Part shown: positions 26,369-35,488 of the stretch, piece by piece
How the letters are laid out: each line of letters begins with the position of its first letter
Numbering within the stretch: position 1 is the first letter of the stretch
Assembly: GCA_045541655.1 (NCBI GenBank)
Contig: JAZQJN010000012.1
Coordinates: 1-49,418, forward strand
DNA: 49,418 nt
DNA from: Acutalibacteraceae bacterium
GTDB lineage: Bacteria > Bacillota > Clostridia > Oscillospirales > Acutalibacteraceae
Reading direction: 5' to 3'
Position numbers and translations under genes: made by a program
Notes under the pieces: model-generated
Databases searched by the model: none
What the model was told of the DNA's origin: nothing
The model's input: the letters and a program-made list of their open reading frames with translations, nothing else

Positions 26369-27958
26369 CTACAATATCCATTTGGCAGTATCAGTGTCCC
26401 ACTTTAAATGTTTTTCAAAAATGTCAACTAATGATTTATACTTTAGGGAGAGGGTTTTTAGCCAACCGTTTTGTATTAAAATTTCCATAAGACCTTTGTC
26501 ATAAAGTTCTGGCGTTGACAACGAGCCGCTTTGTTTCACTAAAAAACGGGCTTGGCGGACAATATTCTTTTCTATTTCCTCCACTTGTTCGGCTCCCTCT
26601 TGTCCATAAATGGGAAATTGCGTTTTTTTGAAGAATAAAATACAATCGCCATTTAGTGATTTTTTTGGACTAATAATATTTTTTAGTGTATTAGACTTTG
26701 CAATATGCGCTTGTCCTAAATATTGTAATTGATAATTTGATAGACTACCGATTAATTTGTTCCAAACTTCTAAGCTTGAATCGTGGAAATACATACAAAA
26801 ATAGCCATCCATTTTTAGTTTATCAGAGCATATTTTAAAAACATCATCTAATAACTTAAAATATTCATCTTCACCTTTGTTGCGAGATGGTGCAGACGAA
26901 ACTACGATTTCATCATCTATATCAAAATTTAAATCCAAAAAAGGTTTATACAATTGCATGTATTCCGAGTATGCAACTTGACCCAAATAAGGGGGATCTG
27001 TAATGATAAGTTGTATAGATTCATTAGCAATATCCAAATTATCTATATGTTGGCTGCCTTTATGTAACAATTTATATTCTAGTTTCTCTTTATAATTTTC
27101 TTCTAAAAAGGCGATTGTACTAGAAAACTTTTTCACCTTTTTTTCTAACAAATCAATAACATTTTTTTCTACACAATCTGTTTTAGGAATCCAAAGCGGC
27201 CATTGAGAATTAGAATGTTTATCAGTGATCTTGCATAAATGTATAACCGACATCAATATGTATTTAAATAAATCATTATAGCAAGATAAATTGTTAATAA
27301 TACCAACTACCTCATCCAATACAGTAAAATTTCTTTTGGTGAAGATTTGGCTTATATGTTGATTTTCATATACAGCTAATTTACTGTTTGCTATGAGTAG
27401 TGTATCATTTATATTTTTAATAATATGATTGACGTTAATTGATTGAATATCGTTGATATCTGGGGTTTTGGTGCATTTAGAAGAACATGTGCATCTATAA
27501 TTAATGCTTTTAATTGCTATTTCTGCATCTCGTTGCGGTTTATCGAAAACAACAGATGTTATTACGCCTTTTGAACCGCAATTATCACAATCAGTATAAT
27601 AATACTTTTGTAATAATCTAATTTTGGAAAGAAATTCGTGTGAGACTTTTTTGTATATTTGTGCATCATAATCTTTTAACAAAGTTTTTACTATAAAAAG
27701 TGGTGCTTCATTTATTTCGCAACCAATTGCTTTCCTTTTTTTTCCCTTAGAAATAGACTGAAGCAGGGTAACACCCGAACCTAAAAATGGATCGAAAACA
27801 GTGTCGCCCTCATTACTAAATGCGTCAATTAATATATCACAAATGTTAAATGGCTTTTGTGACCAATAAATATGCGAGTCATACAAAGGGTTTTTGTTGG
27901 AGGCAGATGTACTATATATTTCTTTTTTAACTTCTTCTATTGATTTCATAATAGTCAC
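26369..27958 (-). CDS. DNA methyltransferase (N6/N4 type, motif I before motif IV, Cys-rich insert)
   Basis: VFDPFLGSGVT lies at aa ~55 and LIITDPPY at aa ~320. A Cys cluster (CDNCGS...YRCTCSSKC) lies between them. Confidence 0.8.
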   Translation of the reverse strand: MTIMKSIEEVKKEIYSTSASNKNPLYDSHIYWSQKPFNICDILIDAFSNEGDTVFDPFLGSGVTLLQSISKGKKRKAIGCEINEAPLFIVKTLLKDYDAQIYKKVSHEFLSKIRLLQKYYYTDCDNCGSKGVITSVVFDKPQRDAEIAIKSINYRCTCSSKCTKTPDINDIQSINVNHIIKNINDTLLIANSKLAVYENQHISQIFTKRNFTVLDEVVGIINNLSCYNDLFKYILMSVIHLCKITDKHSNSQWPLWIPKTDCVEKNVIDLLEKKVKKFSSTIAFLEENYKEKLEYKLLHKGSQHIDNLDIANESIQLIITDPPYLGQVAYSEYMQLYKPFLDLNFDIDDEIVVSSAPSRNKGEDEYFKLLDDVFKICSDKLKMDGYFCMYFHDSSLEVWNKLIGSLSNYQLQYLGQAHIAKSNTLKNIISPKKSLNGDCILFFKKTQFPIYGQEGAEQVEEIEKNIVRQARFLVKQSGSLSTPELYDKGLMEILIQNGWLKTLSLKYKSLVDIFEKHLKWDTDTAKWIL

Positions 27959-29190
27959 CGCCCATTACACAATATTAAATATTCAATTACTTTTTTCGGT
28001 GCTTTATTTCTGTTGTTTGAATGAGAATAATTTAATGTTGCGATCTCAACATTTGTTGCGCCAAATTCTTTAGAACAAGAATCTTTAATATCATCAATAG
28101 ACATCACATACCTGTCGGTTTTTTGTTTTGTGACATCTGCCGGATATGCAAAACTAATAGCTAGGTTTTTATTATATGCATTAGCAAAACAAACTAAATT
28201 ATTGAATGTAGTTAAACACGTACTTTTGGCACTTAATTTTGATTGATATCTATTTTCTGTATATAGACCCTTGGTATATTTTCCGGAGTTTTGTGTTGGA
28301 GCGGGATAATCGTATTTCGCAACTATATTTAATAAATGATAATATCTTGAATATTGCATATCCGTGTAAGGGGGGTCAGCGTAGATAAAGCTAACGTTAT
28401 TCTTTATATCGTCTTGCTTTATTAAATCTTCAAAATTCATATTATAAGTTTTGTTGCTTTTTGTAGTCTTAATAAATTCATCCAAAAAGAAACTCTGAAA
28501 CTTTTCTTTAAAAATATTGTAAATGGACTTATTGCGGGTTAAAAACAATTTAAATACATTGTCTTTTAAATTTAGAGGTTGTGCCATATGTCCGTCTTTA
28601 GAAAAAACACATTCTTTCATCGCAAAAAACAAAGATGTAAGCAACGGAAAGAATAAAGACGTTGATTTGAATTGTTCAATGGCATATCTTAAAGAATCAA
28701 TCTCTATTGATTGATTTAAACCAAAATAGGAACTAGAATAATATGTAGTAAAAAGTTCGAAATTATTATGGTTTTTGATAAAAGGTATTTTATGATTCCA
28801 AACGGTTGGAAATTCTTCATAAAACTCGATTAGAGCGGAATAATTATCTAAATCTGAAAGCAGTGTCTTTTCTTGTAATTGTTGTTCTATGATACTTTCT
28901 GAAAATTTGCCCATATTAGAAAAGAAATAATCATCTATTTGCATTAATATTTTTTGGGGATCTTCTTTATATGTTCCAAGCAAAGCGGTTGAAATAATAT
29001 ATGAATATAATTCACTATCATTAGCATAGATGGTATAATCTCTTTTATAACTGTATCCCACGCTGCATGTGCCGGCAAAAATATCCAATAACGTGGAGTT
29101 GGGTTCAATATAAGAAGCAGCATTTTGATGAATAAACTCAAGTAAGTTTTTTTTACTACCCTGATAATTCAAAACAGAAAAATGATCCAT
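27955..29190 (-). CDS. D12-class (Dam-like) N6-adenine DNA methyltransferase
   Basis: NYQGSKK, LLDIFAGTCSVG and FIYADPPY motifs. RBS GGAGGGG precedes the ATG at 29190. There is a 4-bp overlap with the downstream MTase gene. Confidence 0.8.
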   Translation of the reverse strand: MDHFSVLNYQGSKKNLLEFIHQNAASYIEPNSTLLDIFAGTCSVGYSYKRDYTIYANDSELYSYIISTALLGTYKEDPQKILMQIDDYFFSNMGKFSESIIEQQLQEKTLLSDLDNYSALIEFYEEFPTVWNHKIPFIKNHNNFELFTTYYSSSYFGLNQSIEIDSLRYAIEQFKSTSLFFPLLTSLFFAMKECVFSKDGHMAQPLNLKDNVFKLFLTRNKSIYNIFKEKFQSFFLDEFIKTTKSNKTYNMNFEDLIKQDDIKNNVSFIYADPPYTDMQYSRYYHLLNIVAKYDYPAPTQNSGKYTKGLYTENRYQSKLSAKSTCLTTFNNLVCFANAYNKNLAISFAYPADVTKQKTDRYVMSIDDIKDSCSKEFGATNVEIATLNYSHSNNRNKAPKKVIEYLILCNGR

Positions 29191-29506
29191 ATATTCCCCT
29201 CCACACAATATTGTAATGATTATAACATATTAATTTAAAATAATCAACTACATATAAAAAATTATAGCTAAAAAAATTGCATCGGAAAAATTCGGTGTGT
29301 CTAAATTCGCCTAAAATGATTGATTGAAACACATAAAACATTTACCGTATAAGCAAACAGATATTCCTATTATTGATGTCTTGCAATATAGTTAAAAAAT
29401 TTGTGTACTAGCATTTAAACTATATGGTTGTTTTATATGTAGGGGTACGAACACATAGGTCAAAAATTCAAAAGGGTTAGAATTTGTGCTCCCCTACCAA
29501 AGCATT

Positions 29507-29613
29507 CAAACCCGAACCTTTTACCAATTGGTTAAACGTTCGGGTTTGTTGTTTGTTAAAAGCTATATTAATTACTTTTTGGAAAGGGCAGTGCGATTTT
29601 GCACTGCCCTTTC
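29507..29613. repeat. Two strong palindromes in a gene-free gap
   Basis: A ~42-nt near-perfect palindrome lies at 29507-29548 (CAAACCCGAAC...ACCAATTGGT...GTTCGGGTTTG). A 13-bp stem GAAAGGGCAGTGC / GCACTGCCCTTTC lies at 29582-29613. Confidence 0.8.
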
Positions 29614-29648
29614 GTAGAAATCGTTTGAATATTATTAATAGGTATATC

Positions 29649-32411
29649 TTATTGACTAGAGGTGTTTTTGATTTTTAACTTGTGATTACGTGTCATATAT
29701 GTATATGTATCACCATAGATTTCGTGTTCAATCTCACATAATGGCTGAAAATATGTGTTATTGTTTCGAGTGTCCCAGGTGGTGCAATATTTTGCATATG
29801 GTAAATTTATCTTCTTAAATTCTGTTTCAAAATCAACATCTGTTACAAATCTAGGCACATACTCCCAATTAGCGTACGCATCAATAGAGTTTTTGGATAA
29901 AGTAAATACGTTTGCTGACCAAGAGTCCACACCCGTATATGAACCGCTAGAATACGAATCAATAACTATACTATATTTCCCAATAATATCACTATAATAA
30001 AGGTAGATGTTTTTAGCAGTGCAGAAAGAAACCTCGCAAATCACTGTGGATATAGAGGAACTATAGTCATTACTAGATTTATAGGTTTCTACTGTGATAT
30101 CACCATGCTGATTGGATTCTGATTTTGACACACGCAAAACAATTAAATCATTAATATTATCTTTATCCAGATCGATGTTGTCAACCATACTAATAATACC
30201 GAAAATTTTGTTAGGATAACTTTGAATGTCCGCACCCAAACAGGAGGTAAAACTTTCTTGTGATGATAGCCCATACTTATCAATTATCGATGATTTTAAG
30301 TCGTTTATTTTATCTTTGCTTTCATTTGCTTTATTTGATGAATCTTCATTTAGAACAACAGGGGTAAAGTCAGTTTTTATAGTGATTTTATCTTTTGCTT
30401 TGCTATCATCTCCGTCTACCACTATTTTTACATCAATAGATTTTGATATGTTCTCACTATCGTTTATATCCGTTATGCGTAATACATAAGTTCCGTCTTT
30501 TAAATTCAAAGTATGCTGTCCAGAAATCTTCTCTTTCTCGAAAACTTTCTTTGCTTTTATATTGTTGAGATTTACAATTTCAAGTTTATATTCTATAACT
30601 TCATTAGAGGCATTTACAACACCGCTATCAACGTAGGTTATGACTGATAAATCAAATTTGTTTTTTACAGTTTCAGAATAAGTAAACACAGCATTGTTGA
30701 TGCCAACTTTTTCAAAAGCCGCTATAACTGTTTTATATTGTTCTTCGGTAAGTTTTTTGTTTTTGAGCATTATTCTTGCAGATAATTCTACGGCATTTCT
30801 GCATTGTGAAAAGTTAGAGTCAGGTTGCAAAAGGTTTAAGGCATTAAACCACATAGAGGCAAGGGAAGCGTTATCGATTTTTGGATTCTTGTCAATTCCT
30901 TCGCTCATTAAATAGGCAGCGTGTGAAATAACAGTGCTATTTTTGTGAACGTGGCCACAGTCATTATTGTCTCCATTGTCAACGGTGCTTCCCCAGTTTT
31001 CATCCAAGTAACGGGCAGGTTGATTATTATCAGAAGGGCTTTTTATATTTCGGTCAAACACAGTCCATGTACACTTACCATTTAACACGCCGTCTTTAGC
31101 ATAATCCTCCGCTATTTCACCGAATATGTCTGAATAGGCCTCCATTATTGAACCAGTTTCACCAGAATATATCATATTTGAAATTGAACCCTCGACAGAA
31201 TGGGTAAATTCGTGTCCGACCTGTCCTACATTCGATAAATCCTGTTGATATCCAAACACTAATACATTGGCACTTGAATAAGCATTATCGCCATCTGAAT
31301 AATGGTAGTCATTGTAAGAGGTAAGCATAGGACTATTTTTATTATCATATCCGTTCCATTTTAAAATTTTGGAATAAAAGTCATAGATGTTTTCGACACT
31401 GTTTATCAAATTTGTAGCACTTTCATTCCATTTAGCGTCTTTTGAACCTTCAAGTTTTATATTTCCGCATATTAAAGTTTTATTTTTTTCCCATAATGGA
31501 TTAGGGTTTTCATTAGTTTTATTATCGTTTGATACCTTAGTACATTTATTATTTGAGCCATAAGCTACAAGCTTTTTTTTATTAGAGTTTAATACTAAAA
31601 TGTTCCTTGACTCATCATACATAAGATAAGTCTTGTCATTGATTTTGTATGTGTATTCATCTGAAGAATGTTTGATATTGCCGGTTCTAATTAGGTTGTT
31701 TTTTAAAAGTATATCGCCATTTTTTGCTGAAATAATACATTGGTCGTGAATTACGTTATTTTCGTCAGATTTACTAACAGTAATATCGTACGCAAGAGTG
31801 GAAGAAGAATTATAAAGAGAATATATGACTAATCCATTGTTTGTTTGACTATCAACGCCATCATATTCTTTGTCGATTTTATTGCTGATTTTTTCTTCGT
31901 TTAGTGAGGGGGTTATATCAATATCTCCCACAGGTGAATAGTTTGAGGTAAGACCTAAAGCATTTCCCTCTTTGCCTGCCACAACAGTAATGTTGCGACC
32001 AAAAACAGGGATGCCATTATAATATTGTTGTATGCGGTAATAGGTTTCAGTTTCTCTTTTGTTAGTAAAAGAAACTTTAAGTTCACTTTCTGCGTTTTGG
32101 ATTCCCAAGGCATCCGAAACAGATGCAACGGCTTCTATTGCGGACTTTTCATCTGTAATTATAACATCCGTAAAGCCCTCCATAAAAGAATTATACTCTC
32201 CATATGTATATGGAACAGTAACTTTATTAAGGAATATTAACGCACCGAAAATGCTAGTTGCAATTATGCCGATACAACATACCACTACAATAACGGTTCT
32301 AACTAATTTCTTTCTTTTTTTCTTGGCTTTTAAATTTGCTTGATCGCATTGAGGACACAATCCTGTTTTTTTATCTACTTTTTGACCGCAATTAGCACAA
32401 AAGTTAATCAT
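29649..32411 (-). CDS. Membrane-anchored M4 (thermolysin-like) metallopeptidase with an N-terminal zinc ribbon
   Basis: HEFTHSV (HExxH) and EAYSDIFGE (third Zn ligand motif). N-terminal CANCG...CPQC, then KKKRKK and one TM helix. About 300 aa of unknown C-terminal domains follow. Confidence 0.85.
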   Translation of the reverse strand: MINFCANCGQKVDKKTGLCPQCDQANLKAKKKRKKLVRTVIVVVCCIGIIATSIFGALIFLNKVTVPYTYGEYNSFMEGFTDVIITDEKSAIEAVASVSDALGIQNAESELKVSFTNKRETETYYRIQQYYNGIPVFGRNITVVAGKEGNALGLTSNYSPVGDIDITPSLNEEKISNKIDKEYDGVDSQTNNGLVIYSLYNSSSTLAYDITVSKSDENNVIHDQCIISAKNGDILLKNNLIRTGNIKHSSDEYTYKINDKTYLMYDESRNILVLNSNKKKLVAYGSNNKCTKVSNDNKTNENPNPLWEKNKTLICGNIKLEGSKDAKWNESATNLINSVENIYDFYSKILKWNGYDNKNSPMLTSYNDYHYSDGDNAYSSANVLVFGYQQDLSNVGQVGHEFTHSVEGSISNMIYSGETGSIMEAYSDIFGEIAEDYAKDGVLNGKCTWTVFDRNIKSPSDNNQPARYLDENWGSTVDNGDNNDCGHVHKNSTVISHAAYLMSEGIDKNPKIDNASLASMWFNALNLLQPDSNFSQCRNAVELSARIMLKNKKLTEEQYKTVIAAFEKVGINNAVFTYSETVKNKFDLSVITYVDSGVVNASNEVIEYKLEIVNLNNIKAKKVFEKEKISGQHTLNLKDGTYVLRITDINDSENISKSIDVKIVVDGDDSKAKDKITIKTDFTPVVLNEDSSNKANESKDKINDLKSSIIDKYGLSSQESFTSCLGADIQSYPNKIFGIISMVDNIDLDKDNINDLIVLRVSKSESNQHGDITVETYKSSNDYSSSISTVICEVSFCTAKNIYLYYSDIIGKYSIVIDSYSSGSYTGVDSWSANVFTLSKNSIDAYANWEYVPRFVTDVDFETEFKKINLPYAKYCTTWDTRNNNTYFQPLCEIEHEIYGDTYTYMTRNHKLKIKNTSSQ

Positions 32412-32591
32412 CTTATATTCTCCTTAATAAACATAGATTTAAACTATATTGTAATTGCAGTATATCACAATATCATATAAAAACAAAGTTTTTTTGGAAA
32501 AGTTATGAAAAATGTCGTATATAAGTGTTTTTATCAAAACCTATTTTGGATTTCATCGTGAGCGAAAGCGAAACGATTTCATCCTATTTCC

Positions 32592-32620
32592 TTGACTATA
32601 TTTAAAAATTTTGCTATAAT
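32592..32620 (+). promoter_or_regulatory. Sigma-A type promoter
   Basis: TTGACT, 17 bp, TATAAT. The track start codon at 32592 is actually the -35 box. Confidence 0.6.
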
Positions 32621-32657
32621 TCCTTGGCATTCTTATTTAGAAAAAGGAGTGGAATTT

Positions 32658-34058
32658 ATGGAAAGAGAGCGTTTGGGCAGTCGCCTTGGCTTTATTCTTT
32701 TAAGTGCCGGTTGTGCTATTGGTGTGGGCAACGTTTGGAAGTTCCCATATATGACCGGTCAATACGGTGGCGGTGCCTTTGTATTTATCTACTTGTTGTT
32801 CCTATTTATTTTAGGTTTGCCCGTTATGGTTGTGGAGTTTGCTCTTGGTCGTGCAAGTCAGGCAAGTCCTGTTAAACTTTATCAAAAATTAGAAAAACCC
32901 GGTCAAAAGTGGCATATTCACGGATACGGTGCCCTTGTTGCCAACTGTCTGCTTATGATGTTCTACTCTTCGGTTACCGGTTGGATACTATATTATTTCG
33001 TATCCTTCCTTCGTGGCGGTATGACAGGCATTTCTTCTGAAGCATCATCAAAACTTTTTGGCAATATGCTATCTAATCCCGCCGTTATGGTTGGCTTTAT
33101 GGCGATAGTTGTTGTGCTTGGTTTTTTAATTCTGTCTTTTGGTCTTCAAAAGGGTGTTGAGCGTGTTACAAAATATATGATGCTTGCCCTCTTTGCTCTT
33201 ATGATAATCCTTGCTATCCATAGTTTCACCCTTGATGGTGCTAAAGAAGGTCTTACCTTTTATCTTAAACCCGATATTTCTAAAATCAATGGCGATGTGA
33301 TTGTGGGTGCTATGAATCAGGCCTTCTTCACTTTGAGTTTGGGCATTGGTTCAATGGCTATATTTGGCAGTTATATTGGAAAAGAACGTTCTTTGATGGG
33401 TGAATCGGTAAACATTCTTCTCCTCGATACCTTTGTGGCTATCACCGCGGGACTTATTATCTTCCCCGCCTGCTTTACCTACAATATCGAACCCGGGGCA
33501 GGCCCCAGTCTTCTCTTTGAGGCAATGGCAAGCGTTTTTAACAATATGAACGGCGGACGTTTATGGGGTTCTCTCTTCTTCCTCTTTATGTTTTTTGCCG
33601 CTATGTCCACTATTCTTGCAGTATTCGAGAATATCCTTGCTTGCGTGCGTGAACTCTTTAATTGGGGACGTGTAAAAACCTGTATTATTTGCGGTATCGC
33701 TATTCTCATCCTATCGGTTCCCTGTGCATTGGGCTTTAACCTCTGGTCTTCCTTTGAACCCTTTGCCGGCGGTTCATCCGTTCTCGATTTGGAAGATTTC
33801 ATCGTATCTAACTGTTGTTTGCCATTAGGTGCACTTTGCTATCTTTTATTTAGCGTTACCAAGTTCGGATGGGGATTTGATAACTTCCTCGCTGAAGCCA
33901 ACGCAGGTAAAGGTCTTAAACTCAAAAGTTGGATGCGTCCCTATATGACCTATGTATTGCCCGTTATAATTATTGCAATATTTGTAATTGGTATTCTTAA
34001 CTTCGAATTTTCCGACGGATTTACCATTTTAGGTGCAATAAAAGGATTGTTATCTTAA
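32658..34058 (+). CDS. Sodium-dependent transporter (SNF / neurotransmitter:sodium symporter family)
   Basis: GFILLSAGCAIGVGNVWKFPY signature. About 11-12 TM helices. RBS AAGGAG precedes the ATG at 32658. Confidence 0.88.
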   Translation: MERERLGSRLGFILLSAGCAIGVGNVWKFPYMTGQYGGGAFVFIYLLFLFILGLPVMVVEFALGRASQASPVKLYQKLEKPGQKWHIHGYGALVANCLLMMFYSSVTGWILYYFVSFLRGGMTGISSEASSKLFGNMLSNPAVMVGFMAIVVVLGFLILSFGLQKGVERVTKYMMLALFALMIILAIHSFTLDGAKEGLTFYLKPDISKINGDVIVGAMNQAFFTLSLGIGSMAIFGSYIGKERSLMGESVNILLLDTFVAITAGLIIFPACFTYNIEPGAGPSLLFEAMASVFNNMNGGRLWGSLFFLFMFFAAMSTILAVFENILACVRELFNWGRVKTCIICGIAILILSVPCALGFNLWSSFEPFAGGSSVLDLEDFIVSNCCLPLGALCYLLFSVTKFGWGFDNFLAEANAGKGLKLKSWMRPYMTYVLPVIIIAIFVIGILNFEFSDGFTILGAIKGLLS

Positions 34059-34089
34059 TTCAGTTTGCAAAAAGGAGTTAAAGGTCGAT

Positions 34090-34905
34090 ATGGAAAACGC
34101 AACTCAACTTATAAAATTAAGAAGAAGCGTTCGCACCTATGACAGCAAAACCCTTGACGAAGGTGTGAAGGAGCAGATACTTACCTTTGCAAATAATATT
34201 CAAAATCCCTTCAACATTCCCGTAGAATTAAAGTTCCTTGAAGCTAAAGAATACGGTCTTGTGTGTCCTGTTGTAACCGGTACCGAGTTGTTTGTAGGCG
34301 GAAAGATAGAAAACACTAAAAATTCACTTCTTGCCTTCGGATATTCCTTTGAGGTGTTTATACTGTATGCACGGTCATTAGAACTCGGAACGGTATGGCT
34401 TGGCGGTACTATGAACCGTTCCGCTTTTGAGAATGCCATGGAACTTAAAGAAAACGAAATTATGCCCTGTGCCACCGCTATTGGATATATATCGGGCAAG
34501 TTATCTTTGAGGGATAGTATGATGCGAAAGACCATTAAAGCCGATGAACGTCTGTCCTTTGAAGCGTTATTCTTTGATGGCTCATTCGATACTCCCCTGA
34601 CCAAAGAAGGGGCAGGATGTTTTGCCCATCCCCTCGATATGGTTCGCCTTGCCCCCTCGGCAGTAAACAGACAACCCTGGCGTGTTATTGTTTCGGATAA
34701 TTCTGCTCACTTTTATCTTAAACGGAATAAAGGTATTGAACAGCCGGGCAAACCCGATATGCAGATGATAGATATAGGTATTGCTCTTTGTCATTTCGCT
34801 CTGACCGCAAAAGAGAAGGGATTAAATATTCAGTTTGTGCAAGAAAATCCAAACCTTACATTAAACAACGATGTGGAATATATTGCATCCTACGTGCTTA
34901 AGTAA
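34090..34905 (+). CDS. Nitroreductase-family protein
   Basis: LRRSVRTYD at the N-terminus and APSAVNRQPWR later in the protein. Confidence 0.8.
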   Translation: MENATQLIKLRRSVRTYDSKTLDEGVKEQILTFANNIQNPFNIPVELKFLEAKEYGLVCPVVTGTELFVGGKIENTKNSLLAFGYSFEVFILYARSLELGTVWLGGTMNRSAFENAMELKENEIMPCATAIGYISGKLSLRDSMMRKTIKADERLSFEALFFDGSFDTPLTKEGAGCFAHPLDMVRLAPSAVNRQPWRVIVSDNSAHFYLKRNKGIEQPGKPDMQMIDIGIALCHFALTAKEKGLNIQFVQENPNLTLNNDVEYIASYVLK

Positions 34906-35014
34906 TTAGTTTATAATATCACAAAAATCCTCATTCCAAAATAAAAGGGAATGAGGATTTTCTTTATTGTAAAGGTATGTGTTATTATTTATATTCGCAT
35001 GGTTTTGTTATATT

Positions 35015-35488
35015 TTATTTTTCAATCAAGCACACGGCGTGGGCAGAGATACCTTCTCCGCTTCCTGTGAAACCTAATTTTTCTTCGGTGGTGGCTTTGA
35101 CACTTATTTTGTCAATATCAACACCGATTTTTTTTGCGATATTTTCCCGCATCTCTTTTATGTAGGGAGAAAGTTTGGGTGCTTGGGCAATTACGGTCAC
35201 GTCGACATTTACAAGGGAATATCCCTTTTCTTTTAATGCCGAGACCGTTTCTTCAAGGAGTATCATACTGTCAATATCTTTATATTTCATATCGTTGTCG
35301 GGGAAGAGTTTGCCAATATCGCCAAGGGCTGCCGCACCCAACATAGCATCACACAGTGCGTGGAGTAAAACATCGGCATCGGAATGTCCCAAAAGGCCCT
35401 TTTCATAGGGGATGTTTACTCCGCCGAGGATAAGTTTTCTTCCCTCCACAAGGCGGTGAACGTCGTATCCGTGACCTATTCTAATCAT
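35015..35488 (-). CDS. ispF: 2-C-methyl-D-erythritol 2,4-cyclodiphosphate synthase
   Basis: [13 protein letters not shown]...GHSDADV...HA. 157 aa. Confidence 0.93.
   Translation of the reverse strand: MIRIGHGYDVHRLVEGRKLILGGVNIPYEKGLLGHSDADVLLHALCDAMLGAAALGDIGKLFPDNDMKYKDIDSMILLEETVSALKEKGYSLVNVDVTVIAQAPKLSPYIKEMRENIAKKIGVDIDKISVKATTEEKLGFTGSGEGISAHAVCLIEK

Larger units (their letters stand above)
15264..29640. mobile_element. AT-rich genomic island (degenerate integrative element / defence island) inserted 3' of tRNA-Leu. The right edge is uncertain and may extend to about 32450.
   Basis: There is an abrupt visible drop in GC. The island carries recombinase remnants, KilA-N, a sigma factor, and HEPN, R-M-like and nuclease genes. 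The flanks are housekeeping genes. Confidence 0.6.

Noticed and set aside
29441-29503. tRNA-like fragment (GTAGGGG...TTAGAAT...CCCCTACCA) as a possible att-site tRNA remnant
   Set aside because: I could not fold it into a T-arm/acceptor arrangement because the T-stem does not pair. It is only ~60 nt and has no similarity to the tRNA-Leu 3' end. I kept it only as a hairpin in the junction finding.
32540-32590. Direct repeat GATTTCATC...GATTTCATC and CCTATTT...CCTATTTCC upstream of the SNF transporter promoter, as a possible riboswitch or operator
   Set aside because: It lies upstream of the -35 box and so is not in the leader. It is short with no convincing secondary structure. It may be a regulator site, but I cannot support that.
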